From an uncultured Staphylococcaceae bacterium (lineage in GTDB: Bacteria; Bacillota_I; Bacilli_A; RFN20; CAG-826), in contig CAYZOC010000002.1 of the NCBI GenBank assembly GCA_964480275.1, forward strand, positions 1 through 53,093: 53,093 bases of DNA. Reading direction: 5' to 3'. Shown piece after piece: positions 1 to 10,382 of the stretch. The position numbers and the translations under genes are program-made. How positions within the stretch are numbered: the stretch's first letter is position 1; the number at the start of each line of letters is the position of its first letter. The notes beneath the pieces were generated by a model. That model was not told where the DNA came from and searched no databases. It saw only the letters and a list, made by a program, of their open reading frames with translations.

Positions 1-217
1 CTGACTTGTAGTTGAATTTCTTGACAAGTGCAGGCACGACTTCGTTTTTGTATTTTGTTTCTAAACGGTTAAGCGCTCTAGCGCTAACAACTTTTTCAGT
101 CTTTGGGGCTTTTTCGGCCTTTGGCGCTTTTTCTGTTTTTACTGCTTTAGTAGCTTTTTCCGTTTTTGGAGCAGCACTCTTCTTTGGCGCTGTTTTCTTT
201 ACTTTTTCTTCTGCCAT
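1..217 (-). CDS. rplE: 50S ribosomal protein L5, N-terminal part (continues past the window start), with a ~45-aa Lys/Ala/Glu-rich N-terminal extension
   Basis: Minus-strand ATG at 215-217 follows AGGAGGG. My translation is MAEEKVKKTAPKKSAAPKTEKATKAVKTEKAPKAEKAPKTEKVVSARALNRLETKYKNEVVPALVKKFNYKS. The last ~25 aa match the conserved L5 N-terminus (LK.KY..EV.PAL...FNY). It sits directly after rplX as in S10/spc operons. It is absent from the ORF track because it is truncated. Confidence 0.85.
   Translation of the reverse strand, partial: MAEEKVKKTAPKKSAAPKTEKATKAVKTEKAPKAEKAPKTEKVVSARALNRLETKYKNEVVPALVKKFNYKS
98..133 (-). repeat. Two tandem 18-nt units inside the rplE extension, encoding EKAPKA/EKAPKT
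   Basis: Plus strand reads agtctttggggctttttc (98-115) then ggcctttggcgctttttc (116-133). A degenerate third copy follows. Confidence 0.7.
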
Positions 218-230
218 AAATTGTGCCCTC

Positions 231-539
231 CTACTTGATTACTTCGCCACTTTTTTTAGCGACGCGTACTTTCTTTCCTTTGATAACTTGGAAGCCAACA
301 CGAGTTGGTTTCTTTGTTTTTGGATCAATTAATGCCACGTTAGAGACATCAATTGGTGCGTATATGTCAACAATACTTCCTTCAGGAACTTGTTGAGTTG
401 GCTTGCGGTGTTTTTTCTTGACGTTCACGCCTTCAACCACGACTTTATTAAGACTTGGGAATGCACGTTGAACGATACCTTCTTTGCCCTTATCATGACC
501 GCTGATGACAACGACTTTATCGCCTTTTTTAATATACAT
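231..539 (-). CDS. rplX: 50S ribosomal protein L24
   Basis: ORF 231..578 trimmed to the ATG at 537-539, with GGAGG at 546-550 (reverse complement). [21 protein letters not shown] is the L24 KOW motif. Operon position fits. Confidence 0.95.
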   Translation of the reverse strand: MYIKKGDKVVVISGHDKGKEGIVQRAFPSLNKVVVEGVNVKKKHRKPTQQVPEGSIVDIYAPIDVSNVALIDPKTKKPTRVGFQVIKGKKVRVAKKSGEVIK

Positions 540-549
540 AAGCGACCTC

Positions 550-924
550 CTATAATACTTCCGGAGCGAGTGAGACAATTTTCATTGCGCCTTCACCCTT
601 CTCACGGAGTTCACGGGCAACTGGGCCAAAGACCCGAGTGCCAATCATTGCGCCATCATTGTTGACAATGATAACAGCGTTATCATCAAAGGCAATTTTT
701 GAACCATCAGGGCGGAGTACGCCTTTTTTGGTCCGGACAATGATGCCTTTAACCATATCACCTTTTTTAACTTTGCCGTTTGGTGTTGCTTGCTTGACTG
801 CAAGTAAGACAATATCACCAATCGAACTAACTTTACGATGACTACCGCCATAAAGGCGAATGACTCTTGCTAATTTTGCGCCTGAATTATCAGCCACAAT
901 CATGTTTGTTTCAACTTGAATCAT
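550..924 (-). CDS. rplN: 50S ribosomal protein L14
   Basis: [17 protein letters not shown]...[10 protein letters not shown]...[11 protein letters not shown] aligns end to end with the L14 pattern. Confidence 0.97.
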   Translation of the reverse strand: MIQVETNMIVADNSGAKLARVIRLYGGSHRKVSSIGDIVLLAVKQATPNGKVKKGDMVKGIIVRTKKGVLRPDGSKIAFDDNAVIIVNNDGAMIGTRVFGPVARELREKGEGAMKIVSLAPEVL

Positions 925-927
925 ATC

Positions 928-1275
928 TTAGTCCTCCTTAACTACTTCAGGAGCTGCTTCAACTGCTTCGACTGTTTCAACTGCGTCAGCGTTTGCTTCT
1001 TGGTAGTCTTCAATACTTGTTTCCGCTAAGCTTAACACTTTGACCAAACGCCAACTTTTTTTGGCACTTAATTTACGGGTTGACATGATGCTAACTTTGT
1101 CACCAACTTTAGCTACATTTTCTTCGTCATGAGCGTAGTATTTCTTACGATACTTAACGCGTTTTAAGTACTTAGCGTGTCTTTTATAAGTTTCGACTAA
1201 GACGGTGATTGTTTTGTCCATCTTGTCAGAGACGACGACGCCTTCCAAGACGGCACGTAATTTTCTTTGTTCCAT
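928..1275 (-). CDS. rpsQ: 30S ribosomal protein S17 with a ~30-aa acidic C-terminal extension
   Basis: [40 protein letters not shown] is the S17 core. An extra tail [34 protein letters not shown] follows. Confidence 0.95.
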   Translation of the reverse strand: MEQRKLRAVLEGVVVSDKMDKTITVLVETYKRHAKYLKRVKYRKKYYAHDEENVAKVGDKVSIMSTRKLSAKKSWRLVKVLSLAETSIEDYQEANADAVETVEAVEAAPEVVKED

Positions 1276-1289
1276 ATTCTTAGTCCTCC

Positions 1290-1487
1290 TTATTTAATAC
1301 CGAGTTCACGTTCGCGTAATATTGTGAATACGCGAGCGATGTCTTTACGAACACGGGTAATCTCTTTTCCATTTTGTAATTGTCCGGTTGCTTGTTTCGC
1401 CCGTAAATGGAAGAGTTGTTCTTTAAGCAAATAAACTTGTTCGTTTAATTCGCTAATTGACATTTCACGAATTTCTTTGATTTTCAT
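1290..1487 (-). CDS. rpmC: 50S ribosomal protein L29
   Basis: 65 aa. [37 protein letters not shown] is L29-like. Operon position fits. Confidence 0.95.
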   Translation of the reverse strand: MKIKEIREMSISELNEQVYLLKEQLFHLRAKQATGQLQNGKEITRVRKDIARVFTILRERELGIK

Positions 1488-1498
1488 AGTCGCTCCTC

Positions 1499-1918
1499 CT
1501 ATTCCTTATTTTCTTCGCGCGAAACGACGCGGCACTTGATTGGTAATTTGTAGGCCGCAAGTTGGAGAGCACGACGAGCGATTTCAGGGTTGACACCACC
1601 GATTTCAAACATCATTGTGTTTTTCTTAACAACTGCAACCCATTCTTCTGGGTTACCTTTACCACTACCCATCCGAACTTCGGCTGGTTTTTTGGTTTTG
1701 GCGAGGTGAGGGAATATTCTGATCCAAATTTTTCCCACCCGTTTGGTATGTCCAGCTAACACGATACGTGCGCTTTCGATTTGACGATTGGTGATATAGC
1801 TTCCTTCAAGAGCTTGAAGTCCGAATTCACCAAAGTCGACGTTGGTTCCGCCCTTAGCTAAGCCTTCATAGCTTAAACGTTGAGGACGACGGAATTTTGT
1901 TCTTTTTGGTTGTAACAT
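1499..1918 (-). CDS. rplP: 50S ribosomal protein L16
   Basis: [11 protein letters not shown]...GKIWIRIFP...[12 protein letters not shown] is the L16 signature. Confidence 0.97.
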   Translation of the reverse strand: MLQPKRTKFRRPQRLSYEGLAKGGTNVDFGEFGLQALEGSYITNRQIESARIVLAGHTKRVGKIWIRIFPHLAKTKKPAEVRMGSGKGNPEEWVAVVKKNTMMFEIGGVNPEIARRALQLAAYKLPIKCRVVSREENKE

Positions 1919-1920
1919 CG

Positions 1921-2592
1921 TTATTCTCCTCTCGATTTTTTCTCAGCTAGTGGATATTCACCACGGCAGATCCATACTTTGACGCCTAAGCGACCATATG
2001 TTGTATGAGCTTCGACGTTTGCAAAGTCAATGTCGCTACGAAGTGTATGAAGAGGAATAATTCCTTCTTTATAACCTTCGCTACGAGCAATTTCAGCACC
2101 ATTGAGACGGCCACTGATTAGAGTTTTACAACCCTTAGCACCAGCACGACGAACTCTTTGAATTGTTTTCTTTTGAACGGCGCGGAAGCTTGCACGATTT
2201 TCTAATTGACGTGCGATATCTTGAGCAACAAGTGTTGCATCTAAATCTGGGTTTTTGATTTCAACAACGCTTAAGCGTAGTGAACCAGATTTAACTAGTT
2301 TTTCAATTTTAGTGGTTAAGGCTTTAATGTTTTCGCCGTTTTGACCAATGACGACACCTGGACGGGCGACAAAGATGCTGACGACAACGGTATAACCACT
2401 TTCAAATGTGTTAATTCTTTCAATTTCAATTCGCGATAGTAACGCTTCCTTTAAGAGGGGCTTAAGCGTTTCACGAATTAGTAAGTCTTCTTTAAGGAAA
2501 CTTGCATAGTTTTTTTCATTAGTAAACCAGCGGCTGTTCCAATTACGGTGAATACCGTATCGTAGTCCATTTGGATTAACTTTTTGTCCCAT
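1921..2592 (-). CDS. rpsC: 30S ribosomal protein S3
   Basis: [19 protein letters not shown] is the KH-domain S3 N-terminus. 223 aa. Confidence 0.97.
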   Translation of the reverse strand: MGQKVNPNGLRYGIHRNWNSRWFTNEKNYASFLKEDLLIRETLKPLLKEALLSRIEIERINTFESGYTVVVSIFVARPGVVIGQNGENIKALTTKIEKLVKSGSLRLSVVEIKNPDLDATLVAQDIARQLENRASFRAVQKKTIQRVRRAGAKGCKTLISGRLNGAEIARSEGYKEGIIPLHTLRSDIDFANVEAHTTYGRLGVKVWICRGEYPLAEKKSRGE

Positions 2593-2602
2593 GTCTTGTC
2601 TC

Positions 2603-3016
2603 CTATTTTCTTTCCTTGACCTTCACGATGATCGTGGAAGTCCGTTTGATAATTCCTGCTGCGCTACCTTTAGCCCGTGGACGGTAACGTTTCATTTTGA
2701 TTGAATCATTAATTTGAATTTCGCTGATGAAGAGTGTTTCTTCATCGAAACCGAAGTTGTTAACAGCGTTGGCTGCGGCACTTTCGATTGTTTTGCGAAC
2801 TGGTAAGCTCGCTGCTTTATTAACGTTATAGAGAATACCAAGGGCATCTTTAACGTTTTTGCCTCTTACAAGATCCGCGACTAAGCGGGCCTTACGTGGG
2901 GTAACACCGACAGTGCGTGAGATTGCTCTAGCTTCGATTGGGGTTGGTTTTTCTGGTTTGACTTTTTCGACTTTTTCAACTTTTTTAGTTGCAGTCTTTT
3001 TTGTAACTCTTGCCAT
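2603..3016 (-). CDS. rplV: 50S ribosomal protein L22 with a ~28-aa Lys-rich N-terminal extension
   Basis: The core ARAISRTVGVTPRKARLVADLVRGKNV...RPRAKGSAAGIIKRTSTIIVKV is L22. It is preceded by MARVTKKTATKKVEKVEKVKPEKPTPIE. Confidence 0.95.
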   Translation of the reverse strand: MARVTKKTATKKVEKVEKVKPEKPTPIEARAISRTVGVTPRKARLVADLVRGKNVKDALGILYNVNKAASLPVRKTIESAAANAVNNFGFDEETLFISEIQINDSIKMKRYRPRAKGSAAGIIKRTSTIIVKVKERK

Positions 3017-3023
3017 TATTTAC

Positions 3024-3320
3024 CTACCTCCTTGAGGCTGACGCTGCTTTATCTTCAGCGGTATGCCCGGTGTGTCCTTTATAAGTTCTTGTAGGACTGA
3101 ATTCGCCTAATTTGTGGCCAACCATATCTTCAGTCACATAGACTGTGATGTGTTGCTTGCCGTTATAAACAGCGAAGGTGTGTCCAACAAATGATGGGAA
3201 GATGGTGGATCTTCTGGACCATGTTTTGATAATTTCTTTTTTGCCACTTTCGTTGAGTGCATCTACTTTTTTAACTAAGTAGTCATCAGCGAATGGGCCT
3301 TTTTTCAAACTTCTTGCCAT
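3024..3320 (-). CDS. rpsS: 30S ribosomal protein S19
   Basis: [15 protein letters not shown]...[25 protein letters not shown] is the S19 signature. Confidence 0.97.
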   Translation of the reverse strand: MARSLKKGPFADDYLVKKVDALNESGKKEIIKTWSRRSTIFPSFVGHTFAVYNGKQHITVYVTEDMVGHKLGEFSPTRTYKGHTGHTAEDKAASASRR

Positions 3321-3342
3321 AATTCTTTATTCCTTTCTTCCT

Positions 3343-4176
3343 CTATTTGCTGTTACGACGTCTGACGATTAGGTCGGTCGATTTTTTCTTTGATTTACGA
3401 GTCTTAACGCCAAGGGCTTTTTTACCCCAAGGAGTTCTTGGTGCGTCTTTACCGACTGGTGTCTTACCTTCACCACCACCATGAGGGTGATCGTTAGGGT
3501 TCATAACACTACCACGAACAGTTGGACGAGTGCCTAACCAGCGTGATTTACCAGCCTTACCTAGATTAATAAGGTTATAGTCTTCGTTACCAACTTCGCC
3601 AATTGTGGCGCGGCAAGCAAGAAGAATTTTTCTTACTTCACCACTTTGTAAACGAAGAATTGCATATTTTCCTTCTTTACCAAGAATTTGGACTCCGGTA
3701 CCAGCAGCACGAGCGATTTGACCACCCTTGCCTGGTTTCATTTCGACGTTATGAACAAATGTACCTTCAGGAATGACGGCAAGTGGCATTGCGTTACCAA
3801 CTTGAATGTCAACTTGTGCGCCTGAGATTACCTTTGCACCAACTCCTAGTTTTTGTGGCGCGAGGATATAACGTTTTTCACCATCAGCATAGGTGAGAAG
3901 CGCGATATTTGCGTTACGGTTTGGATCATATTCGATTGCGGTGACGGTCGCTGGAATATCATCTTTATTACGTTTGAAGTCAATAATACGGTAGCGGCGT
4001 TTGTGGCCTCCACCGATGTGACGGGTAGTAATTTTACCCATGTTGTTACGACCGCCGGTTCTTTTCAAACTTACTGTTAAACTTTTTTCAGGTTCTTTTT
4101 TTGTAATGTTTTCGAAGCTGAGCGTGGTCATTGCCCGCCGTGATGGGGTCGTTGGTCTATATGTTTTAATTGCCAT
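3343..4176 (-). CDS. rplB: 50S ribosomal protein L2
   Basis: [14 protein letters not shown]...[18 protein letters not shown] is the L2 signature. 277 aa. Confidence 0.98.
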   Translation of the reverse strand: MAIKTYRPTTPSRRAMTTLSFENITKKEPEKSLTVSLKRTGGRNNMGKITTRHIGGGHKRRYRIIDFKRNKDDIPATVTAIEYDPNRNANIALLTYADGEKRYILAPQKLGVGAKVISGAQVDIQVGNAMPLAVIPEGTFVHNVEMKPGKGGQIARAAGTGVQILGKEGKYAILRLQSGEVRKILLACRATIGEVGNEDYNLINLGKAGKSRWLGTRPTVRGSVMNPNDHPHGGGEGKTPVGKDAPRTPWGKKALGVKTRKSKKKSTDLIVRRRNSK

Positions 4177-4204
4177 AATTTAGTTCTCCTTCCATCCGTG
4201 GGTC

Positions 4205-4540
4205 TTATTCTTTGAACAAGTCAATTGCTTGTCCTTCTTTAATCGTCACAATTGCTTTTTTGTAGCCTGGGACACTGCCGGTATATTTGGCACCGCGTCT
4301 TTTGGCCTTTGATAGTACATTAATTGTTTTAACAGCAGTAACTTCGACACCATAGATGGTTTCGATTGCATCTTTGATTGTTTCTTTACTAGCAGTTTTT
4401 TTAACTTTGAATGTAATTTTGTTTTCTTGTTGCATGAGTAGCATTGACTTTTCGGTAATAATTGGAGCAATTAATAAGTCTAATTGTTCAATTGTTGCCC
4501 GTTTTGCCGCTACTTCTTTTTTAGCTGCTTTACGCGCCAT
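4205..4540 (-). CDS. rplW: 50S ribosomal protein L23 with a ~15-aa basic N-terminal extension
   Basis: LIAPIITEKSMLLMQQENKITFKV...YKKAIVT is the L23 core, preceded by MARKAAKKEVAAKRA. Its start overlaps the rplD stop (TAATG). Confidence 0.95.
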   Translation of the reverse strand: MARKAAKKEVAAKRATIEQLDLLIAPIITEKSMLLMQQENKITFKVKKTASKETIKDAIETIYGVEVTAVKTINVLSKAKRRGAKYTGSVPGYKKAIVTIKEGQAIDLFKE

Positions 4541-5181
4541 TATTCGAGTCCTCCTTCGAATAGCTTGAGCGTCGCCTTTTCAACAATGATGTGGTCAACA
4601 TGAAGTAAATCATAGACTGAGACATTGTTGTGGCGAACTGGAAGCACATTACCAAGATTTCTTACGGCGAGGAGGAGCTCGTCATTATCGTCGACGATTA
4701 ACATAACTTTTCCTTCTGCATTTAAATCTTTTAATAATTTGATTGCCGCTTTGGTTTTGGCTTCGATATTAATTTCTTCATCAATGACAATGAATGCTTT
4801 TTCAGCCACTTTGACCGAGAGTGCGCTTCTTAATGCTAAGGCGTGCTCTTTCTTATTCATTGAAATTGTATGGTTTTGTTTGCCGGTTGGTCCGAATGCG
4901 ACTCCACCGCCAACCCAAATTGGGGAACGGCTACTACCCGCGCGTGCGCGGCCAGTACCTTTTTGTCTCCATGGCTTCTTACCGCCACCACTAACTTCGC
5001 TGCGATCTTTTGTTTTCGCGGTGTCTTGTCTACGGTTTGCAAGGTAGATGTTGACTGCGTTAAACATCGCATCTTTGTGTGCTTCGATTCCGAAGATTTC
5101 ACCTGCTAATTTAACAGTGGAAACTTTTTCACCAGCTTGATTAACAACGGGGTAGCTGATTGCTTTTACTTTTTCTGCCAT
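4540..5181 (-). CDS. rplD: 50S ribosomal protein L4
   Basis: ORF trimmed from GTG 5187 to the ATG at 5179-5181, with AAGGAGGA 7 nt upstream. GGGKKPWRQKGTGRAR is the L4 signature. Confidence 0.96.
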   Translation of the reverse strand: MAEKVKAISYPVVNQAGEKVSTVKLAGEIFGIEAHKDAMFNAVNIYLANRRQDTAKTKDRSEVSGGGKKPWRQKGTGRARAGSSRSPIWVGGGVAFGPTGKQNHTISMNKKEHALALRSALSVKVAEKAFIVIDEEINIEAKTKAAIKLLKDLNAEGKVMLIVDDNDELLLAVRNLGNVLPVRHNNVSVYDLLHVDHIIVEKATLKLFEGGLE

Positions 5182-5201
5182 CTTCACTTCCTCCTTGTTA
5201 T

Positions 5202-5876
5202 TTATTCTCCAGCACGGACAAGTAATGGCTTGACTTCACGTTTTGTGAGTTGAGCTTTGACCGCACTGCGAATTTTTACGATTGATTTTGTTGGACCAGG
5301 GATTGCGCCTTTAATAAGGATTGCATTCTTTTCTGGTAACACTTTGACAACTTGTAAGTTAAGAACTGTTGTATTGGTGTTGCCATGATGTCCTGGCATT
5401 TTCTTACCTTTCGGTGTGGTTTGAATCCGGCCTGAGCCAGCCATTGAACCAACGCCACGGTGGTAACCGGAACCATGAGCTTTAGGACCGATTTTGTGGT
5501 GGTAACGTTTGATATTACCGCTGAATCCCTTACCTTTACTCACGCCGCTGACGTCAATAACGTCACCATCTTGGAATAAGTCAACCTTAAGTTCATCACC
5601 TAATTTGACTTCACCTAATTCATCAGCTTCTAATTCGAAGAGATGGTATTTAGGGGTTGTACCAGCTTTAGCAAAGATGCCTTTTTCTGGTTTGTTGGCG
5701 CGACTTTCTTTTTTGTCTTCATAGCCAACTTGAATTGCTTCATAACCATCGGTTTCGACGGTTTTAATTTGGGTCACTACATTAGGTAATACTTCGACGA
5801 CTGAAACAGCATACATTGTTCCGTCTTCAGCAAACACTTGAGTCATGCCCATTTTGCGTCCAATAATCGCTTTCAT
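5202..5876 (-). CDS. rplC: 50S ribosomal protein L3
   Basis: MKAIIGRKMGMTQVF...VSKGKGFSG..KR is the L3 signature. Confidence 0.97.
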   Translation of the reverse strand: MKAIIGRKMGMTQVFAEDGTMYAVSVVEVLPNVVTQIKTVETDGYEAIQVGYEDKKESRANKPEKGIFAKAGTTPKYHLFELEADELGEVKLGDELKVDLFQDGDVIDVSGVSKGKGFSGNIKRYHHKIGPKAHGSGYHRGVGSMAGSGRIQTTPKGKKMPGHHGNTNTTVLNLQVVKVLPEKNAILIKGAIPGPTKSIVKIRSAVKAQLTKREVKPLLVRAGE

Positions 5877-5886
5877 GTTTTACCTC

Positions 5887-6198
5887 CTATAGTTTAATGT
5901 CGATATCAACACCACTTGGAAGCTCGAAGTTTCTTAAGAACTCGACGGTCTTCTTTGTTGGGTTAGCGATATCGATTAAGCGCTTGTGTGTTCTAATCTC
6001 GAATTGTTCGCGAGCGTCCTTGTACTTGTGGACAGCACGTAGAACAGTATAGACTTGTTTTTCCGATGGGAGCGGAATGGGGCCAATTACCTTAGCGCCA
6101 CTTTCGACTGCTTGAGCAACGATTTTCGCAACAGCTTCATCTAGAAGCGCGTGATCGTAACTTTGAAGCCGAACCCGGATTTTTTTCTTTCCTGCCAT
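5887..6198 (-). CDS. rpsJ: 30S ribosomal protein S10
   Basis: [15 protein letters not shown]...[14 protein letters not shown] is the S10 signature. It is the first gene of the operon. Confidence 0.97.
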   Translation of the reverse strand: MAGKKKIRVRLQSYDHALLDEAVAKIVAQAVESGAKVIGPIPLPSEKQVYTVLRAVHKYKDAREQFEIRTHKRLIDIANPTKKTVEFLRNFELPSGVDIDIKL

Positions 6199-6218
6199 GA
6201 ATTAATACCTCCTTACAT

Positions 6219-6278
6219 CTACAGGCGTTATCTAGCTCAATACGAATTCCCTAATACACTTCATGACAACGCCTGTAG
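6219..6278 (-). promoter_or_regulatory. Hairpin in the S10-operon 5' leader (11-bp perfect stem, ~38-nt loop) next to the rpsJ SD
   Basis: ctacaggcgtt (6219-6229) is the exact reverse complement of aacgcctgtag (6268-6278). On the mRNA it ends ~10 nt before AAGGAGG and the rpsJ ATG. Confidence 0.5.
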
Positions 6279-6323
6279 GTGTATCAGCAACCTCGCATTT
6301 CAACGCGGACGATAACTTCTAAA

Positions 6324-6352
6324 AGGATACTAATCTAAGGGTTAAAAGTCAA
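6324..6352 (-). promoter_or_regulatory. Putative sigma-70-type promoter of the S10 operon
   Basis: Minus sense reads TTGACT (6352-6347), a 17-nt spacer, then TATCCT (6329-6324). It lies ~120 nt upstream of rpsJ. Confidence 0.5.
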
Positions 6353-6414
6353 TAGTTTTTGCTCATAAAATTTGACTTTATTATATAAGCGACAGAATGT
6401 ATGCGATTTATGAT

Positions 6415-6446
6415 AGAAAAAAACCGCAGTATTTCTAAGCGGTTAC
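6415..6446 (-). terminator. Rho-independent terminator after queH
   Basis: Minus sense reads AACCGC-ttagaaatact-GCGGTT followed by a T7 run, ~55 nt after the queH stop. Confidence 0.75.
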
Positions 6447-6500
6447 ATTGATAGCTTCTATGTTAGATAAATGAGAATTTTGTCAAAAAATCGTGCAAAA

Positions 6501-7154
6501 TCAATCAACTAGTTGTGGTTTGCCCTTAGCGATTTGATCTCTAAGAGAGTACTCACAACCACAGTAGGTTTGCTGATATAAGTTGTATTCTTGCTTCATT
6601 TGTTTGACTTCTAGTAGGCCATTATCCTTTTTGAAGTCACTATAAAAATACTTTATTTTAGGATATTTATCGGCAATTTTCTTTGCAATTTCATTAATGA
6701 CTTGCGAGTTTTTTTGCCGGGAAATTGTCAGTGTCGTTGTCGCATAATCAAAACCATTTTCTTGACCAAAACGTAACACTTCCTCGATCTTTTTTTGATA
6801 GCAAATACGACAGCGGTCACCGCCCTCTTTCGCCATTGCAAGTGGTCGTAGATCCTCCATGAATTCATCGTGATCATATTTAGCAAAAATTATCTTAACA
6901 TCTTGATTTTCTCTTTTGTTGAATTCACTAACAAACCACTCAATTTCATCGCGCCTAATCTTAAATTCTTTATAGGGATAGACATTAGAATTATCGTAAT
7001 AAATAGTCACATCAAAAAAGCGGCACAAAAACCGTAAAGTATGGCTTGAACAAGGAGCACAACAAGCATTTAAAATTAGCGTTGGCCGTTGGTCCAAACC
7101 TTCGAATTTTTCAACTTCTTTGAGTGATAATAGGTGGTAGTTAATTTTAGCCAT
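6501..7154 (-). CDS. queH: Epoxyqueuosine reductase QueH (DUF208 family)
   Basis: ORF trimmed to the ATG at 7152-7154 (MAKINYH...), which overlaps the queA stop as ATGGCTAA. Cys motifs CCAPC, CRIC and CGCEYS are typical of DUF208/QueH. It follows queA. Confidence 0.85.
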   Translation of the reverse strand: MAKINYHLLSLKEVEKFEGLDQRPTLILNACCAPCSSHTLRFLCRFFDVTIYYDNSNVYPYKEFKIRRDEIEWFVSEFNKRENQDVKIIFAKYDHDEFMEDLRPLAMAKEGGDRCRICYQKKIEEVLRFGQENGFDYATTTLTISRQKNSQVINEIAKKIADKYPKIKYFYSDFKKDNGLLEVKQMKQEYNLYQQTYCGCEYSLRDQIAKGKPQLVD

Positions 7155-8172
7155 AAATAAACATTGCATCGCCAAAACTAAAGAAGCGATACTGCTCTCT
7201 GACCGCATGCTCATAGGCACTTATAATAAGTTCACGATTGGCTAGTGCGGACACTAACATTATAAGGGTAGATTTTGGTAAATGAAAGTTTGTTATTAAA
7301 GCATCAACGGCCTTAAATTTATATCCAGGGGTAATGAAAAGATTTGTTTTGGCACTTTCAGCCAAAAATATACCATTTTTTGTGATATTTGCCTCTAATG
7401 TTCTCGTTGATGTTGTGCCAACTGCGATAATCCGGCGGTTTTGACTTTTTGCCTTGTTTAAAATGTTTGCAGCATCTTCCCCAACTTGATAGTATTCAAA
7501 ATGCATTTTATGATCGTTTGTGTCAGCAACAGAAACAGGCCTAAAAGTTCCAAGTCCAACGTGAAGAGTAATATCAACAATCTCAATGCCTTTAGCCTTT
7601 ATTTTTTCTAAAAGTTCGCGTGTGAAGTGAAAACCTGCAGTAGGCGCTGCGGCACTGCCATCAATTTTTGCATAAACAGTTTGATATTTACTGTATTGCT
7701 TTGCGTCATCTTTAATATATGGTGGAAGCGGAGCGTGCCCGATCTTTTCTAGAATTTCGATAAAAATTCCCTGATAGAAAAATTCTAGATGATGAATACC
7801 TTCTTGATATTTTTCGACACACACTGCACTTAACTCTTCATTAAAGTTTATCTTTGTGCCAACACGTATTGCCTTAGCGTTTCCAATTAAACACTCCCAC
7901 TTGTTTTGACCCATTTCTTTTAACAACAAAACTTCAATTCGAGCACCAGTAACATCTTTTGTGCCATAGAGTCTAGCCGGAATTACCTTCGTGTTATTAC
8001 GAACAAGAACATCTCCACTTTTCAAATAGTCTAAGATATCAAAAAAGTGTTTATCTTCAAATTTATTTTCCTTTTTGTCGACAACAAGGAGGCGCGAATG
8101 ATCGCGCTTATCTTCAGGGTGTTGAGCAATTAGCTGAAGCGGTAGTTGATAGTCAAATAAATTAATATCCAT
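7147..8172 (-). CDS. queA: S-adenosylmethionine:tRNA ribosyltransferase-isomerase
   Basis: MDINLFDYQLP..LIAQHP...RD.SRLLV...PLPPYI...AAPTAGFHFT is the QueA pattern. 341 aa. Confidence 0.95.
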   Translation of the reverse strand: MDINLFDYQLPLQLIAQHPEDKRDHSRLLVVDKKENKFEDKHFFDILDYLKSGDVLVRNNTKVIPARLYGTKDVTGARIEVLLLKEMGQNKWECLIGNAKAIRVGTKINFNEELSAVCVEKYQEGIHHLEFFYQGIFIEILEKIGHAPLPPYIKDDAKQYSKYQTVYAKIDGSAAAPTAGFHFTRELLEKIKAKGIEIVDITLHVGLGTFRPVSVADTNDHKMHFEYYQVGEDAANILNKAKSQNRRIIAVGTTSTRTLEANITKNGIFLAESAKTNLFITPGYKFKAVDALITNFHLPKSTLIMLVSALANRELIISAYEHAVREQYRFFSFGDAMFIYG

Positions 8173-8174
8173 TT

Positions 8175-9802
<1,628 letters not shown>

Positions 9803-9809
9803 AAAAAAA

Positions 9810-9853
9810 CTCCTTGTTTTTTATTACTGGTGGTTTAGCAAGGACAACACCAG
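9810..9853 (-). promoter_or_regulatory. preQ1-I-type riboswitch (H-type pseudoknot sequestering the queT SD)
   Basis: Minus-sense RNA is CUGGUG-UUG-UCCUUG-CUAAAC-CACCAG-UAAUAAAAAA-CAAGGAG, then 7 nt, then AUG. P1 is CUGGUG/CACCAG. P2 is loop UCCUUG pairing with tail CAAGGA, which is the SD. The A-rich L3 and overall layout match the B. subtilis and T. tengcongensis preQ1-I aptamers as I recall them. Confidence 0.65.
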
Positions 9854-9861
9854 ATAGACTT

Positions 9862-9889
9862 ATTATAAAAGAGTAGCGATTATTTACAA
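9862..9889 (-). promoter_or_regulatory. Putative promoter of the queT-tgt-queA-queH operon
   Basis: Minus sense reads TTGTAA (9889-9884), a 16-nt spacer, then TATAAT (9867-9862), a few nt upstream of the riboswitch P1. Confidence 0.55.
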
Positions 9890-9902
9890 CCTCAAATGTT
9901 AC

Positions 9903-10382
9903 TTAGGGCGCAACTTGATAAATAGCAAAGGTTAATTTTACTCCACGTTCACTTGTTATTTCGCTTTTTGAAATCACTCGCAGCTCTTTTTCAAAATATT
10001 CATGAGGAAAATAAGTATCGCCTTCATATTCAGCATCAACATGTGTGATATATAGTTTGCTCACATAGGGGAGTGCTTCTCGATAAATTTCCGCGCCACC
10101 AATGATAAATATTTCTTGTTCATCAGCAATGTTTTTTAAATATTCACCCAAATTATTAACAATAAGCGCGCCTTCAATATTTAAATTTTGCCGACTAACA
10201 ATGATGTTTTGGCGGTGCGGCAAAAGTCGGCCAATTGACTGATATGTTTTTCGACCCATAACAATCGTCTTACCTATAGTCGTGTCGCGAAAATATTTGA
10301 GGTCTTCCGGAATATACCAGGGCAAACCATTACTATCACCAATAAGTCTATTTTTATCAATTGCCACAATAAGACTAATCAT
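9903..10382 (-). CDS. folA: Dihydrofolate reductase
   Basis: MISLIVAIDKNRLIG..NGLPW..PEDLKYFR..T.GKTIVMGRKTY.S is the DHFR signature. Its start overlaps the gatB stop (TAATG). Confidence 0.93.
   Translation of the reverse strand: MISLIVAIDKNRLIGDSNGLPWYIPEDLKYFRDTTIGKTIVMGRKTYQSIGRLLPHRQNIIVSRQNLNIEGALIVNNLGEYLKNIADEQEIFIIGGAEIYREALPYVSKLYITHVDAEYEGDTYFPHEYFEKELRVISKSEITSERGVKLTFAIYQVAP

Noticed and set aside
12-332. 106-aa plus-strand ORF, together with many other 60-140-aa ORFs antisense to or nested in the ribosomal and housekeeping genes (for example 390..665, 638..841, 1562..1759, 3853..4080, 4625..5047, 11037..11390, 27041..27298, 32571..32933, 50987..51352).
   Set aside because: Each lies entirely inside or opposite a strongly supported conserved CDS. 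They have low-complexity or odd composition (mirror images of Lys/Glu-rich codons) and no SD. They are frame shadows typical of AT-rich DNA.
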